Below, piece by piece: positions 31,298 through 40,736 of a DNA stretch of 64,000 nucleotides. Within the stretch, counting starts at the first letter, position 1. Every line of letters starts with the position of its first letter. Both the position numbers and the translations under genes were made by a program. The stretch comes from Bacteroidota bacterium (GTDB lineage: Bacteria > Bacteroidota > Ignavibacteria > UBA10030 > UBA8401): the NCBI GenBank assembly GCA_027622375.1, contig JAQCAB010000001.1:115317-179316 (forward strand), read 5' to 3'. Under the pieces are notes generated by a model. That model saw only the letters and a list, made by a program, of their open reading frames with translations, made no database searches and was not told the DNA's origin.

Positions 31298-32272
31298 TTA
31301 ATTAAACTCTAATTCGCTTGAATCACCAATATTAATTTTTCTAAAATTATCAACAACAATTGCATTTGTTCCAATTATTGAATGTTCGAGAACACTATTT
31401 TTTACTATTGCTCCTTCATTTATAATACTATTTTTTATAATACAATTTGCAATATTTGTATTTTCTGCAATTGTTACATTTGGACCAATCACAGAATTTT
31501 TTACTACAGCTTTTGGTGAAATAAAAACCGGTGGTATTGTAATCACTGTCGGAATTGCATAATGATTTTTTGCATTTCTTAAAAGATGTTCGTTTGTAGA
31601 AATTAAAGTTTCAGGTTTTCCACAATCATACCATCCTTCAATTTCGAAAGGTAAAATTTTTTCTCCGCGCTCAATTAATTGTTGAAGCGCGTCGGTTAAT
31701 TGAAATTCATTTTTAGTTTTTTTATTGTTTAAAATATTTTTCTCAAGTTCTTCAATTAATAATTTTGGATTTTGAATATAATAAACGCCAACTATTGCTA
31801 AATTGCTTTTTGGATTTTCCGGTTTTTCAACCAAACTTTTTATAAATCCATTTTCAATTTCTGCAATACCAAATCTTTTTGCATCATCTACAGGGTGAAC
31901 GCCAATTGCAGAATAATTTTGATTAATCATTTTTTTTAAATCAATTTCAAATATTGTATCTCCAAGAATAATTAAAATTGGATCGTTTGAAATTGTATTT
32001 TTTGAAAGATAAATTGCATGCCCCAAACCAAGCCGTTCTTCTTGTTCAATAAAATCAACTTTAATTTTATAATTTTTTTGGATGTACTCAATTACAAGGT
32101 CTCCCAAATATCCTACTATAATAGTAGCTTCAGTAATTCCTTCCGAAATTATTTTATCCATTATGTGTCCGATAATTGGTTTACCGGCAATACTCAGCAT
32201 AACTTTTGGAATTGTATTTGTATGCGGACGAAGTCTGCTTCCAATTCCAGCTACTGGGATAATTGCTCTCAT
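31298..32272 (-). CDS. Sugar-phosphate nucleotidyltransferase (G1P thymidylyl/uridylyltransferase-like) with a C-terminal left-handed beta-helix
   Basis: It has the N-terminal NTP-transferase motif MRAIIPVAGIGSRLRP....KVML and C-terminal hexapeptide repeats (VIGPNVTIAENTNIANCIIKNSII). Confidence 0.7.
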   Translation of the reverse strand: MRAIIPVAGIGSRLRPHTNTIPKVMLSIAGKPIIGHIMDKIISEGITEATIIVGYLGDLVIEYIQKNYKIKVDFIEQEERLGLGHAIYLSKNTISNDPILIILGDTIFEIDLKKMINQNYSAIGVHPVDDAKRFGIAEIENGFIKSLVEKPENPKSNLAIVGVYYIQNPKLLIEELEKNILNNKKTKNEFQLTDALQQLIERGEKILPFEIEGWYDCGKPETLISTNEHLLRNAKNHYAIPTVITIPPVFISPKAVVKNSVIGPNVTIAENTNIANCIIKNSIINEGAIVKNSVLEHSIIGTNAIVVDNFRKINIGDSSELEFN

Positions 32273-32365
32273 ATTATAATTTGCAAAATAATTAAGTTGA
32301 ATGAAAAATTTAAAACATTTAAAAAGTGGATCACAAAATAAAAAAGTAATGGTAGAAATACAATA

Positions 32366-32399
32366 AAAACGCCCTGCTTGTTTAATAAACAGGGCGTTT
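32366..32399 (-). terminator. Rho-independent terminator downstream of ftsZ (end of the dcw operon)
   Basis: There is a 10-bp perfect GC-containing stem (aaacgccctg / cagggcgttt) with a 13-nt loop. On the minus strand it is followed by TTTTATTGTATTT, and it lies 25 bp past the ftsZ stop. Confidence 0.65.
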
Positions 32400-32423
32400 G
32401 TGGGTTAGAGAAAAGAATGGATG

Positions 32424-33587
32424 TCAATCCATTATTTTGCGAAGAAAAGCTGGTCTGTCATCTTCAGTTTGTTGCTTATATTCTTTTTGATCTTCCTCAG
32501 CTGTATTAACTTGCGAGATTTCTAAACCTTGACGGATAAAAGTTGGCTCATCAAATTTTCTCAAATTAATTACTCCGGTTGGAACATCAATTACAGAAGA
32601 TTTTTTTGGAATACGAAGATGGTCTTCTTTTCTTTTTTTGAATCCGGTTGCAATTACAGTAACCATAATTTCGTCGGTCATTTTTTCATCAATTACTGCA
32701 CCAAGAATTACATTTGCATCTTCACCAACTTCTCTATGGATAATTTCAGTCGCTTCTTCAACTTCAAATAACGACATATTTTTTCCACCGGTGATATTTA
32801 CAATTACTCCTTGTGCACCTGCAATTGAAACACCTTCAAGTAATTCGCTTGAGATTGCTTTGTTGGCAGCTTCAACAGCACGATTTTCGCCACTACTAAT
32901 TCCTGTTCCCATTAATGCATCACCCATTTCGCGCATAATTGTACGAACATCAGCAAAATCTAAATTAATTAAACCTGGAACAGTTATTAATTCTGAAATT
33001 CCACGAGTTGCACCATATAAAACACTGTTGCAAATTTCAAAAGCTTCTTCAAGTGGTGTTGTTCTTTCAACAATTGAAAGTAATTTTTGGTTTGGTATAA
33101 CAATTAAAGTATCAACTTGTTTTTTCATTTCTTCCAAACCATATTCGGCTTGAGAAAATCTTTTTTTACCTTCACAATTAAAAGGTTTAGTAACAATTCC
33201 TACAACAAGTGCGCCCATACTTTTTGCAATATTTGCAATAACAGGTCCTGCACCGGTTCCCGTTCCACCTCCCATACCAGCAGTAATAAATACCATATCG
33301 CTGCCATTTAACATTCTTGCAATTTCCTCTTTATCTTCTTCAGCAGCGCGATGCCCGATTGTGGGATCTGCTCCTGCACCCAAACCGCGTGTTAAATTTT
33401 TACCGATTTGAATTTTATTATCAGCAGAGCATCTTGATAATGCTTGCGTATCTGTATTGATACAGACAAAATCAACGCCAGTCAAACCACGGGAAATCAT
33501 TCCGTTGACTGCATTGCTGCCACCTCCACCGACACCCACGACACGAATTTTAGCGCCGAGGTCCATCGATTTATCGAACTCTATCAT
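32424..33587 (-). CDS. ftsZ: Cell division GTPase FtsZ
   Basis: The tubulin signature GGGTGTGAGP and GVGGGGSNAVN are present. Confidence 0.95.
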   Translation of the reverse strand: MIEFDKSMDLGAKIRVVGVGGGGSNAVNGMISRGLTGVDFVCINTDTQALSRCSADNKIQIGKNLTRGLGAGADPTIGHRAAEEDKEEIARMLNGSDMVFITAGMGGGTGTGAGPVIANIAKSMGALVVGIVTKPFNCEGKKRFSQAEYGLEEMKKQVDTLIVIPNQKLLSIVERTTPLEEAFEICNSVLYGATRGISELITVPGLINLDFADVRTIMREMGDALMGTGISSGENRAVEAANKAISSELLEGVSIAGAQGVIVNITGGKNMSLFEVEEATEIIHREVGEDANVILGAVIDEKMTDEIMVTVIATGFKKRKEDHLRIPKKSSVIDVPTGVINLRKFDEPTFIRQGLEISQVNTAEEDQKEYKQQTEDDRPAFLRKIMD

Positions 33588-33637
33588 AATATCTCCTTTT
33601 TGTTAATTGTTTATAAATAGTTACTGTTAAAATTTTT

Positions 33638-34879
33638 TTATAATTCATCAAACCAATTTTTCATCCTTTTAAATATTGTTGCAAATTTTCCATCCATTTT
33701 TTCGGGCGGAGTAACTGATCCAGCGGTTGTTCTGTGCCGATGTTTAATTGAGTGCATCACTAATCCAATTCCTGTTGCATATATCGGGTTTTGAATTTCG
33801 CTAACAAGTCCACCTTTAAATCCTTGTGGAATTCCAATTTTTACTGGAACTCCCAAAACTTCTTTTGCTAATTCGGCGGTACCTTTTATTAATGATCCAC
33901 CTCCTGTAATTACAACACCTGCCGATAAATGTTTTTGATAACCAGATCGTTTAATTTCTAATGCTACTATTTCTAAAATTTCTTCCATCCTAGGTTGAAT
34001 AATTTGACACAATAATTTTTTTTCAATATCAATTGGATTTCTTCCACCAATACCGGGCAAAGTAATTATAGCATTATCAACCACTGTTGGTAAATATGCG
34101 TGACCATATTTTATTTTTAATTCTTCGGCTTGATTGTTTAAAATTCCAAGACCGCGACGAATATCATCTGTAACTTTTTGTCCAGCAATTCCTAAAACCG
34201 CAGTATGACGAATTGTATTATCTTCAAAAACTGCTAAATCAGTTGTTCCTCCTCCAATATCAATTAATGAAACTCCAACTTCTTTTTCATCTCGGTGAAG
34301 AACCGCTTCACTTGAAGCAATTGGTTCAAGAACAATATCTTGACTTTCAATTCCGGCACGACGAATACATTTAATAATATTTTGAGTTGCTGAAACAAGT
34401 CCTGTAATAATATGAACAGTTGCTTCAAGTCGAACTCCCGACATTCCAACAGGATCATAAACTCCATCTTGTCCATCAACAATAAATTCTTGTGGAATTA
34501 CATGAATAATTTTTCTATCTGATGGAAGTGCAATTTTGCGAGTGTCGGCAATTAATCTATCAACATCGCTCGGCAAAATTTCATTATCGGGATTACTAAT
34601 TGAAATCACACCTCTACTTTGGAAACTTGAGACATGATCACCTGCAATTCCTGCAACAACATTTTGAATTTTTATACCTGATTGTTGTTCAGCATCTCGA
34701 ATAGCAGCTTGAATTGAACTTATAGTTCTTTCAATATGAGTAATCACACCACGAGTCAATCCTTCGGATTTACTTTTCCCGATACCGAGAATATTGATTT
34801 CATTATTTTCATTTACCGATGCAACAATTACGCAAACTTTTGTTGTTCCGATATCAAGTCCTACATAAATATTTTCCAT
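33638..34879 (-). CDS. ftsA: Cell division protein FtsA
   Basis: Actin-like ATPase motifs (VGLDIGTTKVCVIV; DIGGGTTD) are present, and the gene sits directly upstream of ftsZ. Confidence 0.9.
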   Translation of the reverse strand: MENIYVGLDIGTTKVCVIVASVNENNEINILGIGKSKSEGLTRGVITHIERTISSIQAAIRDAEQQSGIKIQNVVAGIAGDHVSSFQSRGVISISNPDNEILPSDVDRLIADTRKIALPSDRKIIHVIPQEFIVDGQDGVYDPVGMSGVRLEATVHIITGLVSATQNIIKCIRRAGIESQDIVLEPIASSEAVLHRDEKEVGVSLIDIGGGTTDLAVFEDNTIRHTAVLGIAGQKVTDDIRRGLGILNNQAEELKIKYGHAYLPTVVDNAIITLPGIGGRNPIDIEKKLLCQIIQPRMEEILEIVALEIKRSGYQKHLSAGVVITGGGSLIKGTAELAKEVLGVPVKIGIPQGFKGGLVSEIQNPIYATGIGLVMHSIKHRHRTTAGSVTPPEKMDGKFATIFKRMKNWFDEL

Positions 34880-34899
34880 TTTACTTTTACTAATTTTTT

Positions 34900-35652
34900 T
34901 TAATTAATCATTATTGGATTTTGTGATACAATAATTTGATCTGAAAATCTTGCATCAATAAATCCGTTATTTGTTTCAAACAAATGCTCTTTATAAGTAT
35001 TAAAAAATCCAGAAAGTTTAATTACTGATTCTTCAATTTCTGATTTTGATAATATAATTGGCAATCCATGTTCTGTTGTTTTTAAAATCAAATTTCTGCT
35101 TGTTAATTTTATTTCTGATACATTTTTATAAAAAGTTGTATCAATTTCTTTTATTAATTGTAGAGTATATAGCGGTAGTTGAACTTCTTCCTTTCTAATA
35201 AAGTTATTTTCATCATAATTCACATTCGTAAAAATTACAGGCAAATCAAGTGTTGTTTTAAAATTTCTCAAACGTAAAACAAATCCATTTTTATCTATGT
35301 AGTTAGTTTTCCCAAAACTATTTGAGATAATTGCAATTGGATTTCGCTCTTCAATATTTATAATTAAGCGAGATGGAAAATCGCGTTGTAAAATTACATT
35401 ATTAATATAAGGCTCACTCAAAATTTTGAAGCGCAACTCATCCAAATTTTTTGTAAACATATTTGCTGGTGTTTTAATTCCAGAAAGAATAACTACCTCT
35501 TCTGAAGAAAGTAAATTATTTCCTAAAACCTGAATATTTGAAATTACATTATGCTTTTTCCAATTTGTTGCGCCAGCTACAATAATAATTGTAGAAATTA
35601 TTATTATCACAAAACTAAGTAAAGTGCCAATATTTGAATTTTCTTTTGCCAT
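34900..35652 (-). CDS. ftsQ: Cell division protein FtsQ/DivIB
   Basis: It has an N-terminal TM helix and a POTRA-like segment (ISNIQVLGNNLLSSEEVVILSGIK). Its position is between murB and ftsA. Confidence 0.6.
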   Translation of the reverse strand: MAKENSNIGTLLSFVIIIISTIIIVAGATNWKKHNVISNIQVLGNNLLSSEEVVILSGIKTPANMFTKNLDELRFKILSEPYINNVILQRDFPSRLIINIEERNPIAIISNSFGKTNYIDKNGFVLRLRNFKTTLDLPVIFTNVNYDENNFIRKEEVQLPLYTLQLIKEIDTTFYKNVSEIKLTSRNLILKTTEHGLPIILSKSEIEESVIKLSGFFNTYKEHLFETNNGFIDARFSDQIIVSQNPIMIN

Positions 35653-35653
35653 T

Positions 35654-36574
35654 TTAATTATGAACTATTTCATATTCTTGTTTTGAAAACCCAACGAGTT
35701 TAACTTCCAACTCCAATTTTATTTTATTTTTAGAAAAAACATCACTGCGCGCAATTTTAATTAATTCAAAAACATCACTCGCTTTTGCATTTCCTTTATT
35801 GACAATAAAATTTCCATGCTTTTCAGAGATTTGTGCATTCCCAAATTGTTTTCCTTTTAAACCAACCGATTCAACTTCTTTTGCAGCAAAAGTTCCTTCA
35901 GGATTTTTAAACATACTTCCCGAGTTTGGTAAATTTAGTGGTTGTGATTCATTTCTTTTTAAAAGTAATTCGCGACGCTTTTTAATTAATTCTCCAGTTG
36001 AGCCTTTTATTAAATTAAATGTTCCACTTAAAATAATATCATTAACAAAACCAGAGCGTCTATAAATAAATCCGGAATTAGCTTTATTGATTTTTTGAAT
36101 TTTACTATTTCTAAAAATTTCCACTTCACAAATATGATCTGAAATTTCGCCACCATAAGCACCGGCATTCATCATAATTGCGCCACCAATTGTTCCGGGA
36201 ATTCCGGCTAACATTTCAACGCCCGATAAAGAATTTTGAATGCAAAAATCTACAAACATCCCAATTCTAAGTCCGGATTCTGCGATTACAAAATTATTTT
36301 CTAAACTGATTTTTGATAAACCTGATTCTAAATTAATTACAACACCGCGATAACCAGAATCGCTTATCAACATATTTGAACCTCGGCCGATTATCATAAA
36401 TGGTTCGTTGTTATCTTTTAAATATTGAACAAGATTTGTTAAATCAATTTTATCAAATGGCTCAGCATAAATATCTGCAGGTCCACCAATTTTAAATGAA
36501 GTATATTTTGCCAATGGCTCATTTAAAGAGATAAATCCGCGAAATATTTTTTTCAGTTCTTGAAGATTTATCAT
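35654..36574 (-). CDS. murB: UDP-N-acetylenolpyruvoylglucosamine reductase
   Basis: The FAD-binding motif YTSFKIGGPADIYAEP is present. I place the start at the internal ATG (MINLQ...). It forms an ATGA overlap with the murC stop. The longer ORF-track start at 36616 would overlap murC by 46 bp. Confidence 0.85.
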   Translation of the reverse strand: MINLQELKKIFRGFISLNEPLAKYTSFKIGGPADIYAEPFDKIDLTNLVQYLKDNNEPFMIIGRGSNMLISDSGYRGVVINLESGLSKISLENNFVIAESGLRIGMFVDFCIQNSLSGVEMLAGIPGTIGGAIMMNAGAYGGEISDHICEVEIFRNSKIQKINKANSGFIYRRSGFVNDIILSGTFNLIKGSTGELIKKRRELLLKRNESQPLNLPNSGSMFKNPEGTFAAKEVESVGLKGKQFGNAQISEKHGNFIVNKGNAKASDVFELIKIARSDVFSKNKIKLELEVKLVGFSKQEYEIVHN

Positions 36575-37953
36575 TTTTGAATTGCCTCTTTCAAAAAATT
36601 TTCTCCAAACTTCCAAATATCACCTGCGCCCATTGTTATTACAATGTCTCCATCTTTAATAATAGTTTTTAAAAATGTTGGAATATTATTTTTATCATGT
36701 ACGTAATGAGTATTTTTATGGCCGAATTTTTTTGCAGCTATAATAATTAATTCACCAGTTACACCTTGAATTGGAGTTTCTCTTGCCGGATAAACATCAG
36801 TTACAATTAAAACGTCGGCAAGCAAAAATGCCTTTCCAAATTCTTCATAAAAATCTCGAGTGCGGGTAAATAAGTGTGGTTGAAAAACGCAAACAACTCT
36901 TTTTTTCCATCCCTCTTTGGCACCTAAAAGTGTTGCTTTGCATTCAGTTGGATGATGAGCATAATCGTCATACAAAGTAATTCCAAGAGCTTCACCTTTT
37001 TTCTCCCAGCGGCGATAAACACCTGAGAATTTTTCAATTCCTTTTTTTACACTTTCAAATGTAATATTTAATTGTAATCCGACTGAAATAGCAGCAAGAG
37101 AATTTTGAATATTATGTTTTCCCGGGATTTGCAAATTTATTCTTCCCAATTCAATTCCATTTTGTAAAACTGTAAAACTTGTTTGATGTTCATTTTGATT
37201 TATATCAATTGCTTGAATATCAGCTTGTGGAGAAAATCCATAAGTATAAATTTTCTTTTTTGAAATTTGTGGGATAATATCTTGCAAGGCCGGTTCATCT
37301 AAACACAAAAGAACAAATCCATAAAAAGGAACTTTGTTCGCAAATTGTATAAAAGCATTTTTTATATCTTCCAAATCGCGATAAGTATCGAGATGATCAA
37401 CTTCGAGCGTTGTAAGTACTGCAATTGTGGAAGTTAGAGATAGAAAAGATCGATCGAATTCATCAGCTTCAACAACAATAAAATCACCTTTACCAAGTCG
37501 CGCGTTTGTTCCACCAAGTCCACTTAATTTTCCACCAACTATAACAGTTGGATCCAAATTTCCTTCAATTAAAACCAAACTGATCATTGAAGTTGTTGTA
37601 GTTTTACCATGCGTGCCAGCAATTCCAATTCCATATTTTAGTCGCATTACTTCGGCAAGCATTTCAGCACGACGAACAATTGGGATTTTCCTTTTTTTTG
37701 CTTCCATTATTTCAGGATTATCTGGTACGATCGCAGAAGAATAAACCACCGTGTCAACATCATTCATAATGTTTTTTGAATTATGTCCTTCAAAAACTTC
37801 AGCACCAAGCAAAGTCAATCTTTCAGTCACTTCAGTTAACGAACGATCGGAACCTGAAACTTTAAAATTTAAATTGAGTAATATTTCAGCAATGCCACTC
37901 ATTCCGATGCCGCCGATGCCGATAAAATGTATTTTTTTAATTGAACTAAACAT
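36571..37953 (-). CDS. murC: UDP-N-acetylmuramate--L-alanine ligase
   Basis: IHFIGIGGIGMSGIAEIL and the Mur ligase P-loop GTHGKTTTTSM are present. Confidence 0.95.
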   Translation of the reverse strand: MFSSIKKIHFIGIGGIGMSGIAEILLNLNFKVSGSDRSLTEVTERLTLLGAEVFEGHNSKNIMNDVDTVVYSSAIVPDNPEIMEAKKRKIPIVRRAEMLAEVMRLKYGIGIAGTHGKTTTTSMISLVLIEGNLDPTVIVGGKLSGLGGTNARLGKGDFIVVEADEFDRSFLSLTSTIAVLTTLEVDHLDTYRDLEDIKNAFIQFANKVPFYGFVLLCLDEPALQDIIPQISKKKIYTYGFSPQADIQAIDINQNEHQTSFTVLQNGIELGRINLQIPGKHNIQNSLAAISVGLQLNITFESVKKGIEKFSGVYRRWEKKGEALGITLYDDYAHHPTECKATLLGAKEGWKKRVVCVFQPHLFTRTRDFYEEFGKAFLLADVLIVTDVYPARETPIQGVTGELIIIAAKKFGHKNTHYVHDKNNIPTFLKTIIKDGDIVITMGAGDIWKFGENFLKEAIQK

Positions 37954-38464
37954 TTATACTTTTCCTGCGAGTAAGTTCTTTTGTGTAGGTAAGAATTGTT
38001 TTACGCTTTTTAATTGGAATTGTTTTTGCAAGATGTTGAAATTGCTCGAGTAAATTTTTTTGTCTTTCATATCTGCCAACACGAATTCTATAAGCTCGTT
38101 TTCTATTTTTTACTTTTAATAAAACCATTTGATGTAATCCGGCAGTTTTAACTCCGCGCTCTCTTCCAATATAAATCCATTCTATATTTTGAATTAAAAT
38201 TTCACTTTCGTTTGAACGTCTCCAAAAAATAATTTTATTATCAGTTAAAATTATTTTCCTTTCTCGCCATCTATTTAATATTAGAACCACAAAAGCAACA
38301 AACACAAAAAATGAAATCATATAAATAACCGGATCTTGCATTGTTAGTTGCCAATCTTTATCAATAAAAGTTCCTTTGATTCCGATATATATCACAAGCG
38401 TAACCATATAAATCAATGCTTGTTGATAATAAAAATCGAGCTTGTAAATATATTCTCTACTCAT
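37946..38464 (-). CDS. Small membrane protein: two TM helices plus a bacterial PH-like (bPH_2/YdbS-like) domain
   Basis: 172 aa with two hydrophobic helices (ALIYMVTLVIYIGI; VIYMISFFVFVAFVVLIL). These are followed by a basic ~90-aa domain (IILTDNKIIFWRR...HQMVLLKVKNRKRAYRIRV). The ATG overlaps the murG stop by 8 bp and its stop overlaps the murC start by 8 bp. Confidence 0.4.
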   Translation of the reverse strand: MSREYIYKLDFYYQQALIYMVTLVIYIGIKGTFIDKDWQLTMQDPVIYMISFFVFVAFVVLILNRWRERKIILTDNKIIFWRRSNESEILIQNIEWIYIGRERGVKTAGLHQMVLLKVKNRKRAYRIRVGRYERQKNLLEQFQHLAKTIPIKKRKTILTYTKELTRRKSINV

Positions 38465-39566
38465 TTACTTGCTCCGAGATTCTTTGCAAAATTTGTTTTG
38501 CAATAATCGATGATACGTTTGGCTTCCCCAGTTTTTTACACTCAGTTGAAATTGATTTTAATTTATTTTCAGAATCAAGAAGTTCAGTAATTGTATTAAA
38601 TAATTTCTCATCTAAATTTTTTTCTTCAATCATAACTGCGGCGTTTTTATCAACCAATGTTTTTGCATTGTAAAATTGATGATTGCCGGCAGCAAATGGA
38701 TATGGAATTAAAATTGCTGGTTTGCCAAGTAATGTTAATTCTGAAATTGTTGTTGCGCCCGCTCTGCAAACAACAATATCCGATGCGGCGTAAGCGTATT
38801 CCATTTCATCAATAAATTGAAAGATTTTTACATTTATTAATTTTATTGTTGATTGATAAAATGCAGCATCCTTTGCACCGGTTTGCCAAATTATTTGATA
38901 ATTTTTTTTCTGCAATAAATCTAAAATTGAATAAATAGAATTGTTAATTTTGTTTGCTCCAAGACTTCCGCCAAAAACTAAAATTGTTTTTAAGTCTGGG
39001 TTTAATCCAAAATATTTGTTACCTGCTGTTTTAGAAATAGTACCAAATTTTTTCCTAGTTGGATTTCCAACAACTTCATAATTCACTTTTTTGCTTAAAT
39101 ATTTTTTTGTTTCCTCAAAAGCCAAATAAACTTTTTCAGCTCTTTTGGATTGAATTCTTGTAGTAATACCCGGAAAGCTGTTACTTTCATGAATAATTGT
39201 CGGAATTTTTAACCACGATGCAACTCTTAAAACAGGACCACAAACATATCCACCAGTTCCAATAATTATGCTTGGTGATAATTTTTTTAGAAGATTGTAA
39301 ACTTGCAAAAGCGAAACAGATATTTTTATCGGAAGTAACAAATTTTTTAATGTAAATCTACGATGCAATCCACTAATCCAAATTGGATAAAATGGAAATC
39401 CAGATTGCGGAACTATACGAGCCTCTATTTTATTTTTTGTACCGATAAAAGAAATCATACAGCTTGAATCCAATTCTTTGAGAGACTCTGCAATTGAAAG
39501 TGCGGGGAACAAATGTCCACCCGTTCCACCACCTGTAAATAAAATATGTTTGACTTTATTTTGCAC
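38457..39566 (-). CDS. murG: UDP-GlcNAc:undecaprenyl-PP-MurNAc-pentapeptide GlcNAc transferase
   Basis: The N-terminal FTGGGTGGHLFPALSIAE and a GT28 C-terminal domain are present. Confidence 0.9.
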   Translation of the reverse strand: MQNKVKHILFTGGGTGGHLFPALSIAESLKELDSSCMISFIGTKNKIEARIVPQSGFPFYPIWISGLHRRFTLKNLLLPIKISVSLLQVYNLLKKLSPSIIIGTGGYVCGPVLRVASWLKIPTIIHESNSFPGITTRIQSKRAEKVYLAFEETKKYLSKKVNYEVVGNPTRKKFGTISKTAGNKYFGLNPDLKTILVFGGSLGANKINNSIYSILDLLQKKNYQIIWQTGAKDAAFYQSTIKLINVKIFQFIDEMEYAYAASDIVVCRAGATTISELTLLGKPAILIPYPFAAGNHQFYNAKTLVDKNAAVMIEEKNLDEKLFNTITELLDSENKLKSISTECKKLGKPNVSSIIAKQILQRISEQVNE

Positions 39567-39578
39567 ACTTTTTAAAAA

Positions 39579-40736
39579 TTACGTTGTTTGTAAATTTGCA
39601 TTTTCAAATTCATGGCCGATATTTTTTGATTCTCTCGGAAATAAATCTGTTTGTGAAGAAATATTTAAAAGTACACCTACCGAAAAACAAGTAAGTAAAA
39701 AACTTGTACCACCATAACTAACAAAAGGCATTGGCAAACCAGTTGTTGGTAAAATGCCAAGTGTAATTAACATGTGAATTATTGCATAAAATGTTAGTGA
39801 GAATGTGATTCCAAATGCTAAATACTTCCCGAATGAATCTGGGGAATATTTTGAAATTCTGATGCCACGATAAAAAATTGTGAGAAATGCAATTATCAAA
39901 AATATTGTACCGATAAATCCATATTCTTCTCCAACAATTGAAAAGATAAAATCATTATAAGATTCTGGTAAAAAAAAGTTACGTTGTTTACTTTCTCCCA
40001 TTCCAATACCAAAAATACTTCCGTTACCAAATCCAATAACACCTTGCGATTGCTGAAAAGATTTAAATGAAGCATTTTCGCTGCCAACTCCAAAAAATGA
40101 TAATATTCTTGCTCTTCTATATGAAGCACTCATCATATAAATAATTATAATTGGCAAAAGTGATAAAAATGTTTTAGCCAAATGCGAAAATTTTGCACCT
40201 GCAATAAAAACCATAGAAATACCAATTGTTGCAATCATAATCCCCATGCTAAAATTTGGTTGTAAAAATATTAATGCAACAACAATTCCAATAACAAGTA
40301 GTGGTGGCAAAAGACCTTTTTTAAAATTTTCGATTATCTCTTGTTTTTTTGTGAGTAGTGAGCTTAAATAAATTATGATTGCAATTTTTGCAATTTCAGA
40401 TGGTTGAAAACGAAATCCTAAAAGAGTAATCCAGCGAACGGCACCCTTTTCGAGATTTCCAAAAAATATTGTTACAACCAATAATAATATTGATGCAATA
40501 ATAAAAACTTCTGCAAATCGTTTATAAATTTTATAATTCAATTTCATCGAAATAAATAAAACAATTAAACCGATCCAAATAAAATTTAAATGTTTGTTTA
40601 AAAGAGCATTTGTAGAACCAAGTTTTTGTGAAGCAAACATGGATGAAGCACTAAATATTACAAGGGTGCCAAAAAATATTAATGCAAAAACTGTTAACAA
40701 AATTAATCTATCGATGTAATTATTTTTGGTTGCCAT
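39579..40736 (-). CDS. ftsW: SEDS-family peptidoglycan glycosyltransferase FtsW
   Basis: It is a 10-TM SEDS protein with PESYNDFIFS and GILPTTGLPMPFVSYGGTS motifs. Confidence 0.9.
   Translation of the reverse strand: MATKNNYIDRLILLTVFALIFFGTLVIFSASSMFASQKLGSTNALLNKHLNFIWIGLIVLFISMKLNYKIYKRFAEVFIIASILLLVVTIFFGNLEKGAVRWITLLGFRFQPSEIAKIAIIIYLSSLLTKKQEIIENFKKGLLPPLLVIGIVVALIFLQPNFSMGIMIATIGISMVFIAGAKFSHLAKTFLSLLPIIIIYMMSASYRRARILSFFGVGSENASFKSFQQSQGVIGFGNGSIFGIGMGESKQRNFFLPESYNDFIFSIVGEEYGFIGTIFLIIAFLTIFYRGIRISKYSPDSFGKYLAFGITFSLTFYAIIHMLITLGILPTTGLPMPFVSYGGTSFLLTCFSVGVLLNISSQTDLFPRESKNIGHEFENANLQTT

Noticed and set aside
32638-33153. A 171-aa plus-strand ORF (and several shorter ones) lying entirely inside ftsZ on the opposite strand
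   Set aside because: It is a shadow ORF. The minus strand encodes an unmistakable FtsZ (GGGTGTG). The plus-strand product is Ser/Ile-rich and low-complexity, with no recognisable family.
36575-36616. N-terminal extensions in the ORF track for murB (to 36616), mraY (to 43281), rsmH (to 49662) and miaB (from 50249, TTG)
   Set aside because: The extensions would overlap the upstream genes by 30-90 bp and add non-conserved residues. Internal ATG codons give the canonical conserved N-termini and 1-4-bp operon junctions. The rsmH start remains the least certain.
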